This document shows, piece by piece, positions 10,338 through 20,314 of a stretch of 64,000 nucleotides of DNA. The stretch's first letter is position 1; each line of letters begins with the position of its first letter. The stretch spans positions 146,612 to 210,611 of the IMG/VR virus record IMGVR_UViG_3300035181_000357, one strand, 5' to 3'. The position numbers were made by a program, and so were the translations under genes. Under the pieces are notes generated by a model. The model was not told the origin of the DNA. It saw nothing but the letters and a program-made list of their open reading frames with translations, and made no database searches.

Positions 10338-10366
10338 TCATTACTAATTTTCAAGAAGATCCATTA

Positions 10367-11572
10367 CTAACTTCTTACGTAATATTTCCCACCTGCCACA
10401 GTCATGTTATCTGAGAAGATGACGTGCTCTGGGATAGCTTGCTTTAAGAATGTATCGACATGCCAGACACAGAAGCTTTGATGACTCTTATTCATTCTCT
10501 CTTGATATTCAAAGTCAATCTTAGCCATACAACCCATGACGACCCAGTGAATAGGTCCCATAGTAAGGTTGGCAGTTGATCTCATATCAGTACGATGTGT
10601 ATGACCACTGCATCCAGACATTCCGAATCCGTTATCACCATGATGATCAACCACAACAGTGTTGTAGTATACTTTGAAGTTGTTCTTGATCTCAGTACGA
10701 ACATCAGCTGGTTTGAAAGCTGCAAAGTCGATTCTGGATACTAGGTTGATTTCAAATTCGTCTAGGCCTAGGACCTTGGAAAGTGAAATACCCATTAGAT
10801 CCATGAGGGGTCTGATTTGAGGGCTACGATCAGCCATATACTTCATAATCCTGAGATCATGGTTCCCGATTACAAAATCGATTTGAGTGTTCGGACAAAC
10901 CTTACGCAGTGGCTTGAAGATGTGATCCCTGACATAGTCAAAGGCTTCTTTCAAGTTCATCTGTCTTGGATCATTCGTAAATCTGCTAAATTCAATCTCA
11001 TCAAATACGTCGCCAGCAAGAACGATAGTATCTGGTTTCAATCTGGCAGCAACATCCAAGAACGTCTTCCAACAGAATGTATCTAGTTGCTTATCATGTA
11101 AGTCACTACATACCATTACCGTCTTATATCTCTCAGAATCTTCGGGACGCTCGTACTTGCCCAGGTAAGGTTGAACTTCCATTTCGAAGAAACCTCGATA
11201 TCTGTCAGTAGCCGCATGACGAGCTATATCTTTCTCGATCTGAGCTGCACCTCTATGTAAATCCAACCCGGCCTTACGTCTAAATTCTTGGAAGGTTCCA
11301 AACTTGTTGGACCAACAACGATCACTATACTTTCCATGAATTCGATAGAAATCTCGAGTTATGTACTTGTATGGATTCTCGTCTTTTACTTTTCTAAGAT
11401 CTTCGATCAGATCCTCGGACTTTGCAGTCGGATCATATTTCTTAGAAAGTTCAGATAGAAGAGCTTGATGTGATTGGGATCTTTTGGATTCAGCGTCTAC
11501 ACGCTTCTGTTCTAGTTTCTCTGGTACAATCTTTTTTGATGCCACTCTCGTTCTCCGTGAAAGACTTCTCAT
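10367..11572 (-). CDS. Calcineurin-like metallophosphoesterase with N-terminal extension
   Basis: SDLH, GDVFD, GNHD, HH, GHTH motifs. Confidence 0.85.
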   Translation of the reverse strand: MRSLSRRTRVASKKIVPEKLEQKRVDAESKRSQSHQALLSELSKKYDPTAKSEDLIEDLRKVKDENPYKYITRDFYRIHGKYSDRCWSNKFGTFQEFRRKAGLDLHRGAAQIEKDIARHAATDRYRGFFEMEVQPYLGKYERPEDSERYKTVMVCSDLHDKQLDTFCWKTFLDVAARLKPDTIVLAGDVFDEIEFSRFTNDPRQMNLKEAFDYVRDHIFKPLRKVCPNTQIDFVIGNHDLRIMKYMADRSPQIRPLMDLMGISLSKVLGLDEFEINLVSRIDFAAFKPADVRTEIKNNFKVYYNTVVVDHHGDNGFGMSGCSGHTHRTDMRSTANLTMGPIHWVVMGCMAKIDFEYQERMNKSHQSFCVWHVDTFLKQAIPEHVIFSDNMTVAGGKYYVRS

Positions 11573-11731
11573 AGGACCTTGAAGTTAGGAAATAGTTCGT
11601 GGTCCCCAGTTAGAAGACTAATAGCTCAAGGCAGTGGATTCTGGGATAAATAATCTGCTAGGACTATAGGAAATAGACTTAATAGATTGTCCATTATTAA
11701 GATTGTTTGGTAATCTAGTTTGGAGGTAACT

Positions 11732-12379
11732 GTGCTCAGAGATTCTCTCAAACCCAGAATTGAAGAGGCTTCGGCTTCTAAATCCTATGGTCCAGAGATT
11801 CTCCACGGTCTCATCGAGAAAGAATCCACGTACCGACCCGATGCTGTGTCAGAGACTGGTGTTCGAGGTCTATGTCAATTGACCGAGGCTACAGCGAAGG
11901 AAGTCATCCAAAAACATGGTCTGAAAATGCCGATATCAGCTATCTTAAAACCTGAAAATCAGGTGTTGTTAGCAAGTTTGCGTTTAGAAGAGATGATTGG
12001 ACGAGTGGAAGCCAGGTATCCCAAGCTGTCTGAAGAAAAACAACTGGAACTCGCTCTTCATGCCTACAACGCTGGTTACTCAGCCGTTACAACGGCAGTA
12101 TCTAAAGGTGGGATAAAGGGTTTCAAGCAGTTCTTGCCTAAGACTGCTGATAAGAAATATGCGATGAAAGTAATGTTCCACAGTAAATCCTGGAAAGTAG
12201 GAAAGGTCCAGACCCAGGTTCCCACACCAAGGATTACGATCGCTCCTGAATTTTACCACTTCCTCCCATTCTTGACATTTTTATTTTTAGTATTCTACTT
12301 TGCTAAGAAGTATCAGACTACTGGTATCTTCGAGGTCGAGCCATGGGATTTGAAACAGGATGTGTTGAAGACGCTATAA
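11732..12379 (+). CDS. Lytic transglycosylase (SLT) with C-terminal membrane segment
   Basis: IEKES, GLCQL, AYNAG; hydrophobic FLPFLTFLFLVFYF. GTG start after GGAGG preferred over 11720. Confidence 0.85.
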   Translation: MLRDSLKPRIEEASASKSYGPEILHGLIEKESTYRPDAVSETGVRGLCQLTEATAKEVIQKHGLKMPISAILKPENQVLLASLRLEEMIGRVEARYPKLSEEKQLELALHAYNAGYSAVTTAVSKGGIKGFKQFLPKTADKKYAMKVMFHSKSWKVGKVQTQVPTPRITIAPEFYHFLPFLTFLFLVFYFAKKYQTTGIFEVEPWDLKQDVLKTL

Positions 12380-12645
12380 TCCTCATCCATCAGATGAAGA
12401 GTGAGTTTCTCGGTGATCTGGAAGGGCATAATAAGTTAGCTAACGAGGTGATCGCTACTCTCCGAGTAGAAGGCCCACGTATAGAGAAAAATAGAGATGT
12501 ATTAGGGATCATAAACTTCCAATTGGTGAGATTGGCTGTATGTATACCAGATGAATTTGATGATCATCCACTGGTAGAGAAATTCAAGGACAAGGTGCAG
12601 GATCTCTGCAATTGTTATGATGGTGGATTGGATTCCGGGGACTAA
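12343..12645 (+). CDS. Hypothetical protein
   Basis: 100-aa ORF; start uncertain. Confidence 0.5.
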   Translation: MGFETGCVEDAIILIHQMKSEFLGDLEGHNKLANEVIATLRVEGPRIEKNRDVLGIINFQLVRLAVCIPDEFDDHPLVEKFKDKVQDLCNCYDGGLDSGD

Positions 12646-12674
12646 AGAACTTTAGATCTCTTATGTAGAGAGTT

Positions 12675-13499
12675 TTGATGTTCAAATCCCAGTTACTTAA
12701 GACAGCTGCTCCACCAGATCTTAATCCTAAGATCAGATATGTCTATCTCGGTGCGGAAGCTGCCAAGCTGATTCGTGATCTGGAGAAATGTAAGGGTAAA
12801 TTCCTAATACTTGAAGGTGTAGCAGGAGTATCCTCCAGCGCAGGTATCTTCCACAGCTTTGGAAATATAGATGTCACAATTCCATATAGAGAATTCCTAT
12901 CGTTAAATAACGTGGAAAGAGTAGACTATAAGGATCATGACGACATAGTAAAGAATACAGCTATGTTCTACTCCAGGATTGTTGATGGTGAGTTGGTCGA
13001 AGCAAATTATTATGTCATCAGGGGAATTATATCATCTGTCCTATATGATAAGATGGATTCAGGAAAATTAAAATATCTAGCTAGTAAAGATTTCGATGAA
13101 TGGCATGAAGTATCTAATGGATATCGCTGGACAGACCACCATCAATCTACTCTACAAAAGATGCTCCGGAAGACTTCATTCGACAGTGTTAATGAATTGG
13201 TATGGTTTATTTTGATGTTCCTAGAACGAACTCTAAAATGTTGGGATCAATTTACAGACAAAGATATCAACAAGATTGAAGAAGTGTTGAGATCTGGGGT
13301 AAAGGATAAGATAAGACAGAGTACTGGATATACAGGTGAAAAAGAACTGATCATTATGGATAAGAGATTGGTGTTACCTCATGGGACTTCAATACACCAT
13401 CTATATAATAAGATCATAGCACAGGATGGTAGTGGATATCTATTCGAGAAACTAAGAAAATTTGGAATAACCATGCCTGACGGTGACGACGATGTTTAG
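12675..13499 (+). CDS. Hypothetical protein, paralog A (starts MFKSQLLKTAAPP)
   Basis: Colinear similarity to 13483-14373. Confidence 0.8.
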   Translation: MMFKSQLLKTAAPPDLNPKIRYVYLGAEAAKLIRDLEKCKGKFLILEGVAGVSSSAGIFHSFGNIDVTIPYREFLSLNNVERVDYKDHDDIVKNTAMFYSRIVDGELVEANYYVIRGIISSVLYDKMDSGKLKYLASKDFDEWHEVSNGYRWTDHHQSTLQKMLRKTSFDSVNELVWFILMFLERTLKCWDQFTDKDINKIEEVLRSGVKDKIRQSTGYTGEKELIIMDKRLVLPHGTSIHHLYNKIIAQDGSGYLFEKLRKFGITMPDGDDDV

Positions 13500-14373
13500 A
13501 TCTAGTCTCTTAAAATCAGCTGCTCCTCCTAAGATGGATAAGAGGATAAAGTACGTATACCTAGGTCCAGATCATAGAAAATTTCTTAGAGATCTTCTAG
13601 AATCCAAGGGACGAAATCTCATCCTAAAGGGTGTAGTAGGGGTTTCCACAAACAAGAATATACTACATGAGTTCGGTGACTTTGGTATGACAATGCCATA
13701 TCAAGATTTTCTGAGACTCAACAATGTTGAGAGAATCGACTACAATAATCACAATGAGATAGTAAAGAACACGAACATGTTCTATAACAGAATGATCCAT
13801 GGGTTCTTACAAGAGGCTAGTCCGAGTATCCTTAGCAATATCATGTATAGTATCCTAGGTGGTCTAGCTAGAGCATCTGAGATGAAAGACCTATATAAGG
13901 TATTAAATCCACGAAAACTTATCCCGCCATTTGCTGAATCCGGGTATTACATTCAGACCTTCTATAAAGATTTCTGTGAACTGGTTGATACCACATCATT
14001 CGATAGTATAAATGAACTCGTATGGTTCACCATGATGTTCTTGGAGAAGACGTGGTCAGCATGGAAGAAACTAACTCAGAAAGATATAAATCTTATAGAA
14101 AAGACCATAAGATACATAGTCAAGAAAAAGATAAAGGATGACGCTGATGCGTTCGCTCACGAGGAAGAAATTTTGATCATGGATCAGAAGCTCGTAGTAC
14201 CTCGCGGTACGAAGATAGAAAATGGCCTCGGATACATCTTGGGTGGTAGGAAAGATCTAGATATTTTGATGGCAAAATTGAAGCAATTTGATCTCGTCTT
14301 AGAAGAAGGTGAGATGCTTGAACTCGAGATCCGAGTAGAGAATAATAAGAAGACATTGTCTTTAGCCAAATAG
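13483..14373 (+). CDS. Hypothetical protein, paralog B (starts MFRSSLLKSAAPP)
   Basis: Shares YVYLG, LNNVER, IVKNT.MFY.R, TSFDS.NELVWF and E.L.IMD..LV.P.GT with the upstream ORF. Confidence 0.8.
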   Translation: MTTMFRSSLLKSAAPPKMDKRIKYVYLGPDHRKFLRDLLESKGRNLILKGVVGVSTNKNILHEFGDFGMTMPYQDFLRLNNVERIDYNNHNEIVKNTNMFYNRMIHGFLQEASPSILSNIMYSILGGLARASEMKDLYKVLNPRKLIPPFAESGYYIQTFYKDFCELVDTTSFDSINELVWFTMMFLEKTWSAWKKLTQKDINLIEKTIRYIVKKKIKDDADAFAHEEEILIMDQKLVVPRGTKIENGLGYILGGRKDLDILMAKLKQFDLVLEEGEMLELEIRVENNKKTLSLAK

Positions 14374-14401
14374 CCTCTGGTAATTACTATCTGAGGTATA
14401 T

Positions 14402-14797
14402 GTGTGTAAATGGTCTAGAGGGTTTGACGTAGCATCTGCTGCAGCTAAGCATTCTAATGCTCCATTCACTCGTGTACGTATGGGTGCCGCACTGTTTAGT
14501 GGTTCAAGATTGGTGAGTCTTGGATTCAATACCTATTACAAATCACATCCAGATCACCATGCACATGGTAGGGTAGGCCGTTGTTTCGAGAACATCCATG
14601 CAGAACAAGGTGCTCTGATCAAGAGAAAGCACTATGAGGATACTAACCTTATTATGTATGTGTGGCGGGAACTTGAATCTGGTCAGGCGGCTAGTTCCAA
14701 GCCTTGCCCGATGTGTATGACCTTAATGACTAAGGCTGGTGTGAAAAAGGTTAGATTTATGGAAATTGACGGTTCCTGGGCTGAAATCAAACTTTAG
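14402..14797 (+). CDS. CMP/dCMP-type zinc deaminase
   Basis: IHAEQ and SKPCPMC motifs. Confidence 0.85.
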   Translation: MCKWSRGFDVASAAAKHSNAPFTRVRMGAALFSGSRLVSLGFNTYYKSHPDHHAHGRVGRCFENIHAEQGALIKRKHYEDTNLIMYVWRELESGQAASSKPCPMCMTLMTKAGVKKVRFMEIDGSWAEIKL

Positions 14798-14830
14798 TTA
14801 CCCAGAACAGTAATTCTTACGTAATCTATT
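14798..14830 (+). promoter_or_regulatory. Early-type promoter TTACCC-N18-TAATCT
   Basis: One of 10 copies sharing an exact 18-nt spacer (see findings). Confidence 0.75.
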
Positions 14831-14838
14831 CCAGAGCG

Positions 14839-15102
14839 ATGATGCTCATCTCCACGAGGAATCCCATGCAGAAGCTGGTCAATCCTATCCTGATCGCCAA
14901 CAAGCCTGAGACCTTCACTCCCTACCAGGTTCGCCAGGTCCAGAAGTTGTCTGAGAAGTTCCAGATGGTTTCGATCCCTGAAGCCGACCTGAACCGTACC
15001 CAGAAGGCTCCCCTGTCGGTCCTGTTCTACGACTGCAATGGGAAGCTGAACCTGTACCGCATCGGCCAGCATAACGTCCTCGGGAAGCGGGTTACTCGGT
15101 AA
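14839..15102 (+). CDS. Hypothetical protein
   Basis: 87-aa ORF with C-ending codon bias, behind promoter. Confidence 0.65.
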   Translation: MMLISTRNPMQKLVNPILIANKPETFTPYQVRQVQKLSEKFQMVSIPEADLNRTQKAPLSVLFYDCNGKLNLYRIGQHNVLGKRVTR

Positions 15103-15127
15103 ATCTACTGTTCAGAACCCCAATTCA

Positions 15128-15160
15128 TTGTCCAAAACGGTAAGAATCGCGTAATCTAGT
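15128..15160 (+). promoter_or_regulatory. Early-type promoter TTGTCC-N18-TAATCTAGT
   Basis: Motif followed by GGAGG SD and ATG 15177. Confidence 0.8.
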
Positions 15161-15176
15161 GTTCTGGAGGTGTTAA

Positions 15177-15863
15177 ATGGCTAAGACTGCCGTGATCGAC
15201 GTGTTCGGTGCTGCCCCTGTGGTGCCCAGCAAGAGGAAGGCTGAAAAGGGTGAAAAGCCTGGTATCGAGTCCGGTGTGGCTCTCGCCAAGGTCGCCGCCA
15301 TCGACTTCATCATGAAGTCTCTGAAGGGTGTTCGCGAGACCTACGAAGGCATGCTCAAAGACGAGATGCTGGACAAGTTCGTGGAAACTGGCCTGGCTGG
15401 TCAGAAGCGTCCAGACAACTACCGTGGTGTGAACGGTAAGGGTGAAGCTAGCTGCGAGATGCGCAAGCGTTCCACGGCATCACCTCTGTCGGATGATGAA
15501 GTGTCTGAGCTTGCGAAGCTCGGCATCGAAATCAAGCTGGAAACCGTGCAGGAAGAGATGTTCGTGTTCAACGCTGAAGTGCTGAAGAACCCTGAACTTC
15601 GGGCCAAGATCTCGGCAGCTTTCGCCAAGATCGACTTCGGTGACATCCAGCCCATCTCCAAGATCGAAGCCCAGCAGAAGTACGTGGCCTCTGAGGAAGC
15701 GATCGAGGAAGTGTTCAAGAAGTCCAAGACCCAGGCGATCGGCTCCAAGTTGCTGTCGATGCTCACGACCCTGGCGGTCAAGAGCAAGTGGAATGGTAAT
15801 AAGTCTGATGCCTACGCTCTCCTCGCGGAAGAGGACAGCATCACCTCGGTCACTCTGTCCTAA
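15177..15863 (+). CDS. Hypothetical protein
   Basis: 228 aa, strong SD and codon bias. Confidence 0.8.
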   Translation: MAKTAVIDVFGAAPVVPSKRKAEKGEKPGIESGVALAKVAAIDFIMKSLKGVRETYEGMLKDEMLDKFVETGLAGQKRPDNYRGVNGKGEASCEMRKRSTASPLSDDEVSELAKLGIEIKLETVQEEMFVFNAEVLKNPELRAKISAAFAKIDFGDIQPISKIEAQQKYVASEEAIEEVFKKSKTQAIGSKLLSMLTTLAVKSKWNGNKSDAYALLAEEDSITSVTLS

Positions 15864-16447
15864 TGTTCTACCCTCCTCGTCCAGAGAAGGCTGTCGATCC
15901 ATCCGAGTTGGGGCGATTTGAATCACTCGGATGGATCGGTCAGTTCAAGAAGAATGGTACGTACACTGTACCGGATAGAGAGAAGGTCTACACGAGGCAT
16001 CTCGAACCTCACAAGTTGTGGAACCCAAACGACAGCAAGGCGATGACAGAGATCCGAAAGATTCCTGGGATCACTCTCTGTTCCGAACTCCTTCATAAGA
16101 AGGTTAGTGGTGGAAGCCAGGATACTCTGTACATACATGACATCCTCGTCATCAACAACGAAGATCTCGTTGGAGTATCCTACGAAGACAGGTACAAGAT
16201 GCTGTTGAATTTGTTCGTATGGAAAGATGAAGGAAACCCTGACTATTTTGTCGTAAACAAGAATCTATGGATCAGCAAGTGGATCTACAAAGGTTTCCTG
16301 AAAACGTTCAATGCCATGACCAATCCTGAAGATGAAGGTTTGGTTCTGAAGAATCCCAAAGCCAAACTGGCTTTCTGTGGTAAACCAGGAAGTAACAGTA
16401 GTTGGCAGATTAAGTGTCGCCGACCCCATAAGAATTACAGCTTCTGA
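15863..16447 (+). CDS. Minimal ATP-dependent DNA ligase-like nucleotidyltransferase core
   Basis: QFKKNG (motif I), SELL (III), IHDIL (IIIa), EGLVLK (IV), WQIKCR (V); no OB domain. Confidence 0.75.
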   Translation: MFYPPRPEKAVDPSELGRFESLGWIGQFKKNGTYTVPDREKVYTRHLEPHKLWNPNDSKAMTEIRKIPGITLCSELLHKKVSGGSQDTLYIHDILVINNEDLVGVSYEDRYKMLLNLFVWKDEGNPDYFVVNKNLWISKWIYKGFLKTFNAMTNPEDEGLVLKNPKAKLAFCGKPGSNSSWQIKCRRPHKNYSF

Positions 16448-16512
16448 ATTGACCATTAAAAGTTACCTATTAGAGAAATGACCAAGTAATCTAGTGGGTC
16501 GAGGAGGAAATA

Positions 16513-18660
16513 ATGAAGCTGAGTGGCGTGCAGGAAGCGGGTTCGGTTCAGGTGATGGCACCTGGTGTCCAGAGAACCTTCCAGATCCACAATAACATCA
16601 AGTCCTTCAGGATCCTGTCTGATGGCCTTTACAGTGATAAAATCACTGCGGTTATCCGGGAACTGTCCTGCAATGCCTGGGATTCTCATGTGGCAGCTGG
16701 TAAGAAGACCGTGCCATTCGAGGTCCATTTCCCCACTGGCCTGGAACCCTGGTTCAGCGTCCGTGACTTCGGGATCGGTCTTTGTGAAGAGGACATCTAC
16801 GACCTCTACACCACGTACTTCAGTTCCAGCAAGGACCAGTCGAACGAGTTCATCGGTGCACTCGGTCTCGGTTCCAAGTCTCCCTTCTCGTACTGTGAGA
16901 CTTTCACGGTAACTTCGAACTTCAATGGTTCGAAGCAGATCTTCAGTGCTTTCATCAGCGAAGAAGGTCTCCCGACCATCATCAAGATGCACGAAGAGAC
17001 TACGACTGAAGGCAATGGCCTGGAAGTCAAGTTCCCGGTGAAGCGTGATGACATCAGCAACTTCCACTACAAGGGTGCCAATGTCTTCGAGTTCTTCGAA
17101 GTCGCTCCCAAGCATAATCTCAGTGGACAGCGTATTCCCAAGAACGACTACATCCTTAAGGGTATCGTGGATGGGTGCTGGTGGGGGATTCGTGCTGGTG
17201 CTGGCAACGTTCGTGCCGTCATGGGATCCATCTCCTATCCTCTCGATCTGAGTGGGCATGGTCTCAGCTCTGAAGAGCAGACTGTCGCCGCCTGTGGTAT
17301 CGATATCCAGTTCAATCTTGGGGATCTCGAGATCGCTGCCAGCCGTGAAAAGCTGTCCTTCAACAAGATCACGATCGCCAACGTGACCAAGCGTTATCGT
17401 GCCATTTTCGAGCAGATGAACAAAGAGATCCACGACAAGCTCGATGCCGCTACCACTGTGTGGGATGCTCGCAAGGCTCTCTTCTTGATGACGAATGACC
17501 AGTCGGTTGGTCGCATCGTTCGCAACCTGATCCAGACCAACTCGATCAAGGGCAAATACACCAACTTCGAGTTCGATGGTAGTACCTCTGGATCTTTCAA
17601 GGCCACGGAGTATCCGGAACTGAATGTCATCGGTGTCTCTCCTGCTTCTGGGATCTGGGCCAAGAAGAATCTGTATTCCAGTGACTACAAGGTTAAGATC
17701 GAAGCCTCTAGCAGTCAGCGATTCATCCTGAACGATATGTTCCGTGGTCACAACCAGATCCTCGCTGAACTGGTCAAGGATGGTAGTCGCTTCATCATGC
17801 TGACTCCTCGCAAACTCAAGGATCTCTCGGATGACGAGAAGGTCGAGGCTGCAAAGCTGGCTGCTGAACAGGTCGAGAAGTTCATGGCGAACTTCGAAGG
17901 TGCCAAGCTCGAGAAGATCAGCGACTACCATGATCTGCTTGAAAAGCGTGTCCCAGGTGAAAAGAAGACCCGGATTCGCAAGAACTACTTCCACTACGTC
18001 GGTAATAAGACCTGGGGTGGTTCGTTTGAGCACATCCCCGACGCCGAGTTCGATACGGCTACCGATGGCGATGTCTTGTTCTTCCCAATTCACAACATGA
18101 AGCCAGCCCAGGACCGTATGGAGCAGGAAAGTGCCGAGGATTTCAGCACCTTCATCTATCGGCTTCGTCAGGCCGGGATCATAGGCAAGGATACCAAGCT
18201 GGTCGCCTACAAGGTTCGGGAAGAGTTCGAGATCTCTGAGCCTGAGAAGGATCTGCTCACTTTCGTGGACGAGACTATCGCCAAGAAGCTGACCGATCCC
18301 AAGATCGCTAGCTACTACAACGATGACAATTCCTTCACTGTCCCCGATCTCTTCAACTCCTATGAGATCTGGAACACTCGCAAGGGCACAAAGGGTCAGG
18401 CTTTCTTCGCTACCAAGTTCGGTGCCTTGATGGCCGAATACCGAGAGTACAAGGATGGCCGGGACAAGAATTCTGAATTCATTCGTATGTGCTACACCCT
18501 TGGTATCAAGAAGCAGAAGAGTATGTTCACCAAGGATCTGGCCGATAAGTGCAAGAAAGTTGCCACCAAGTATCCCATGCTCAGTCTTCTCCAAACCTAC
18601 TACATCGCCAACAACCTTGAAATTCTAACCGATTACCTGAATCTCGTTGATTCTCAGTAA
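16513..18660 (+). CDS. rIIA: RIIA-like protein (HSP90-like ATPase N-terminus)
   Basis: LSDGLYSDKITAVIRELSCNAWDSH, VRDFGIGL, GALGLGSKSPF; followed by rIIB. Confidence 0.9.
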   Translation: MKLSGVQEAGSVQVMAPGVQRTFQIHNNIKSFRILSDGLYSDKITAVIRELSCNAWDSHVAAGKKTVPFEVHFPTGLEPWFSVRDFGIGLCEEDIYDLYTTYFSSSKDQSNEFIGALGLGSKSPFSYCETFTVTSNFNGSKQIFSAFISEEGLPTIIKMHEETTTEGNGLEVKFPVKRDDISNFHYKGANVFEFFEVAPKHNLSGQRIPKNDYILKGIVDGCWWGIRAGAGNVRAVMGSISYPLDLSGHGLSSEEQTVAACGIDIQFNLGDLEIAASREKLSFNKITIANVTKRYRAIFEQMNKEIHDKLDAATTVWDARKALFLMTNDQSVGRIVRNLIQTNSIKGKYTNFEFDGSTSGSFKATEYPELNVIGVSPASGIWAKKNLYSSDYKVKIEASSSQRFILNDMFRGHNQILAELVKDGSRFIMLTPRKLKDLSDDEKVEAAKLAAEQVEKFMANFEGAKLEKISDYHDLLEKRVPGEKKTRIRKNYFHYVGNKTWGGSFEHIPDAEFDTATDGDVLFFPIHNMKPAQDRMEQESAEDFSTFIYRLRQAGIIGKDTKLVAYKVREEFEISEPEKDLLTFVDETIAKKLTDPKIASYYNDDNSFTVPDLFNSYEIWNTRKGTKGQAFFATKFGALMAEYREYKDGRDKNSEFIRMCYTLGIKKQKSMFTKDLADKCKKVATKYPMLSLLQTYYIANNLEILTDYLNLVDSQ

Positions 18661-18681
18661 TCCAACCCAGAAGGAGATACC

Positions 18682-19797
18682 ATGTTTCCAATGATCATCA
18701 CCAAGTCGTATATCAATCTCGTGATTGGTGGACGCTCTCGAACGGTGGAAGCTTCCAACAAGTTCTTCCCTCAGCTTCTTGATGCAGTCAAGAACCAGGC
18801 TTGGGAGGCTGTTGATACGCTCTCCGATCTGGCCCAGGCCATCAACAAGGCTGGTGCTGGCAAGGTCGTGGTCGAAGACGGTGTTGTCTTCTACGATGGT
18901 ATGCCTGTCCACAACATCGTCGCCACCAGAATCCTGGACATGCTGGCCGAGGGTTGGACTGTGGATCCTATGATCAAGTTCTTGGAGAACCTGCTCCAGA
19001 ACCCTGTGGCATCTGCCATCGATGAGCTCTATCTCTTCATGGAAGCCAATTCCCTGCCTCTGACTCCGGATGGACATTTCCTGGCCTACAAGGTGGTCAC
19101 TTCCAACTTCAAGGACAAGCAGACCAAGACCTTTGACAATTCGGTCGGTGCTGTCCTGGATATGGATCGTGCCAAGTGCGATCTGGATCGGAACAACCAT
19201 TGCAGTAGTGGTTTCCACTTCTGTGGCTTCAGCTATCTCTGTCACTTCGGTTCTGCCGATGACCAGATCATGATCGTCAAAGTGAATCCCAAGGATGTCA
19301 CCAGCATTCCTAGCGACTACCAGAATGCCAAGGGTCGTGCCTGTCACTATGTGATCCAGGAGCACTACGGCAAGTTCAGTGACTTCTTCGAAGTCGATCG
19401 TCTGGCCACTGCGGCTGTCACCGAGACCAGTGAGATCGAGTTCCTTGCTGTCGAAGGCAATCCCATTCGTAGCCTTCGTGAGCTTCTCGGATTCAGCCAG
19501 CGCGAAGTGGCCGAGTATGCTGGCTACAGCAAGTCAACGCTGTGGAATGCCGAGCAGATCTCCAACACTCCCAAGGTCGAGACGATGGATCGCTGGGCCC
19601 AGGCCATGACCGATCTTCGCAACGAGCGAGACGAGACGAGTGTTCGTAAGTACACCTTCAAGATCGATGAAGCCATTCGCATCATGATCGAGACCCTCCC
19701 AAGCGAGGACGAGGCTGAATTCGAAACCTCCTTGAGTGACTTCGAGCCTGAATACTGCGAGGACTGTGATCAGGATCTCGACGACTGCGACTGTTAA
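18682..19797 (+). CDS. rIIB: RIIB-like protein with C-terminal XRE-type HTH and acidic tail
   Basis: LYLFME, LTPDGHFLAYKVV, CSSGFH, VNPKDVTSIP, KGRAC; HTH LRELLGFSQREVAEYAGYSKSTLWNAE. Confidence 0.88.
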   Translation: MFPMIITKSYINLVIGGRSRTVEASNKFFPQLLDAVKNQAWEAVDTLSDLAQAINKAGAGKVVVEDGVVFYDGMPVHNIVATRILDMLAEGWTVDPMIKFLENLLQNPVASAIDELYLFMEANSLPLTPDGHFLAYKVVTSNFKDKQTKTFDNSVGAVLDMDRAKCDLDRNNHCSSGFHFCGFSYLCHFGSADDQIMIVKVNPKDVTSIPSDYQNAKGRACHYVIQEHYGKFSDFFEVDRLATAAVTETSEIEFLAVEGNPIRSLRELLGFSQREVAEYAGYSKSTLWNAEQISNTPKVETMDRWAQAMTDLRNERDETSVRKYTFKIDEAIRIMIETLPSEDEAEFETSLSDFEPEYCEDCDQDLDDCDC

Positions 19798-19821
19798 GTC
19801 CTACAATCCCAATGACTTCCG

Positions 19822-19843
19822 ATGGGGCCTTAAGTGGCCCCAT
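19822..19843 (+). terminator. GC-rich hairpin after rIIB (probable terminator)
   Basis: ATGGGGCC-ttaagt-GGCCCCAT followed by TTC. Confidence 0.6.
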
Positions 19844-19910
19844 TTCATTGGTTAAGAAATTATCCTGAATGGTAAGAACCCAGTAATATAGTTTCTTGAG
19901 GAGAATCGCC

Positions 19911-20312
19911 ATGATCACCACCATCAGCCGTTCTGACATGTCTGTCCTTCGTTCCGAGGTCAATGCGGCCATCGCCGCTGTCGCCACCAAACATGGTCTG
20001 GTGATGGCCCTGGGATCCGGGAAGTTCAATGAAAAGAACGCTTCCTTCAAGCTCGAGATCTCCACCAAGGATCAGAATACTGGGATGGTGAAGAGCAGGG
20101 AAGCCACCAGCTTCGAAGTCAATGCCCATTTCTACGGCTTCAAGGCCGAGGATCTCGGTACCACCTTCAAATCGAATGGTCGGACTTTCAAGATCACGGG
20201 TCTCAACACTCGTCGTCCCAAGTTCCCTCTCCTGGCTGTCTGTGTGGAAGATGGGCGAACCTACAAGTTCCCTGACACGACCGTCCTGGCCTACCTTGGC
20301 CGAAAGAAGTAA
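19911..20312 (+). CDS. Hypothetical protein
   Basis: ATG after GAGGAG; promoter TTATCC-N18-TAATAT at 19860-19889. Confidence 0.75.
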   Translation: MITTISRSDMSVLRSEVNAAIAAVATKHGLVMALGSGKFNEKNASFKLEISTKDQNTGMVKSREATSFEVNAHFYGFKAEDLGTTFKSNGRTFKITGLNTRRPKFPLLAVCVEDGRTYKFPDTTVLAYLGRKK

Positions 20313-20314
20313 CG

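Noticed and set aside
16456-18594. 712-aa antisense ORF opposite rIIA (also 18625-19365, 15480-15926, 23259-23687 and similar)
   Set aside because: Shadow frames created by the strong codon bias of the real genes; no SD, no motifs.
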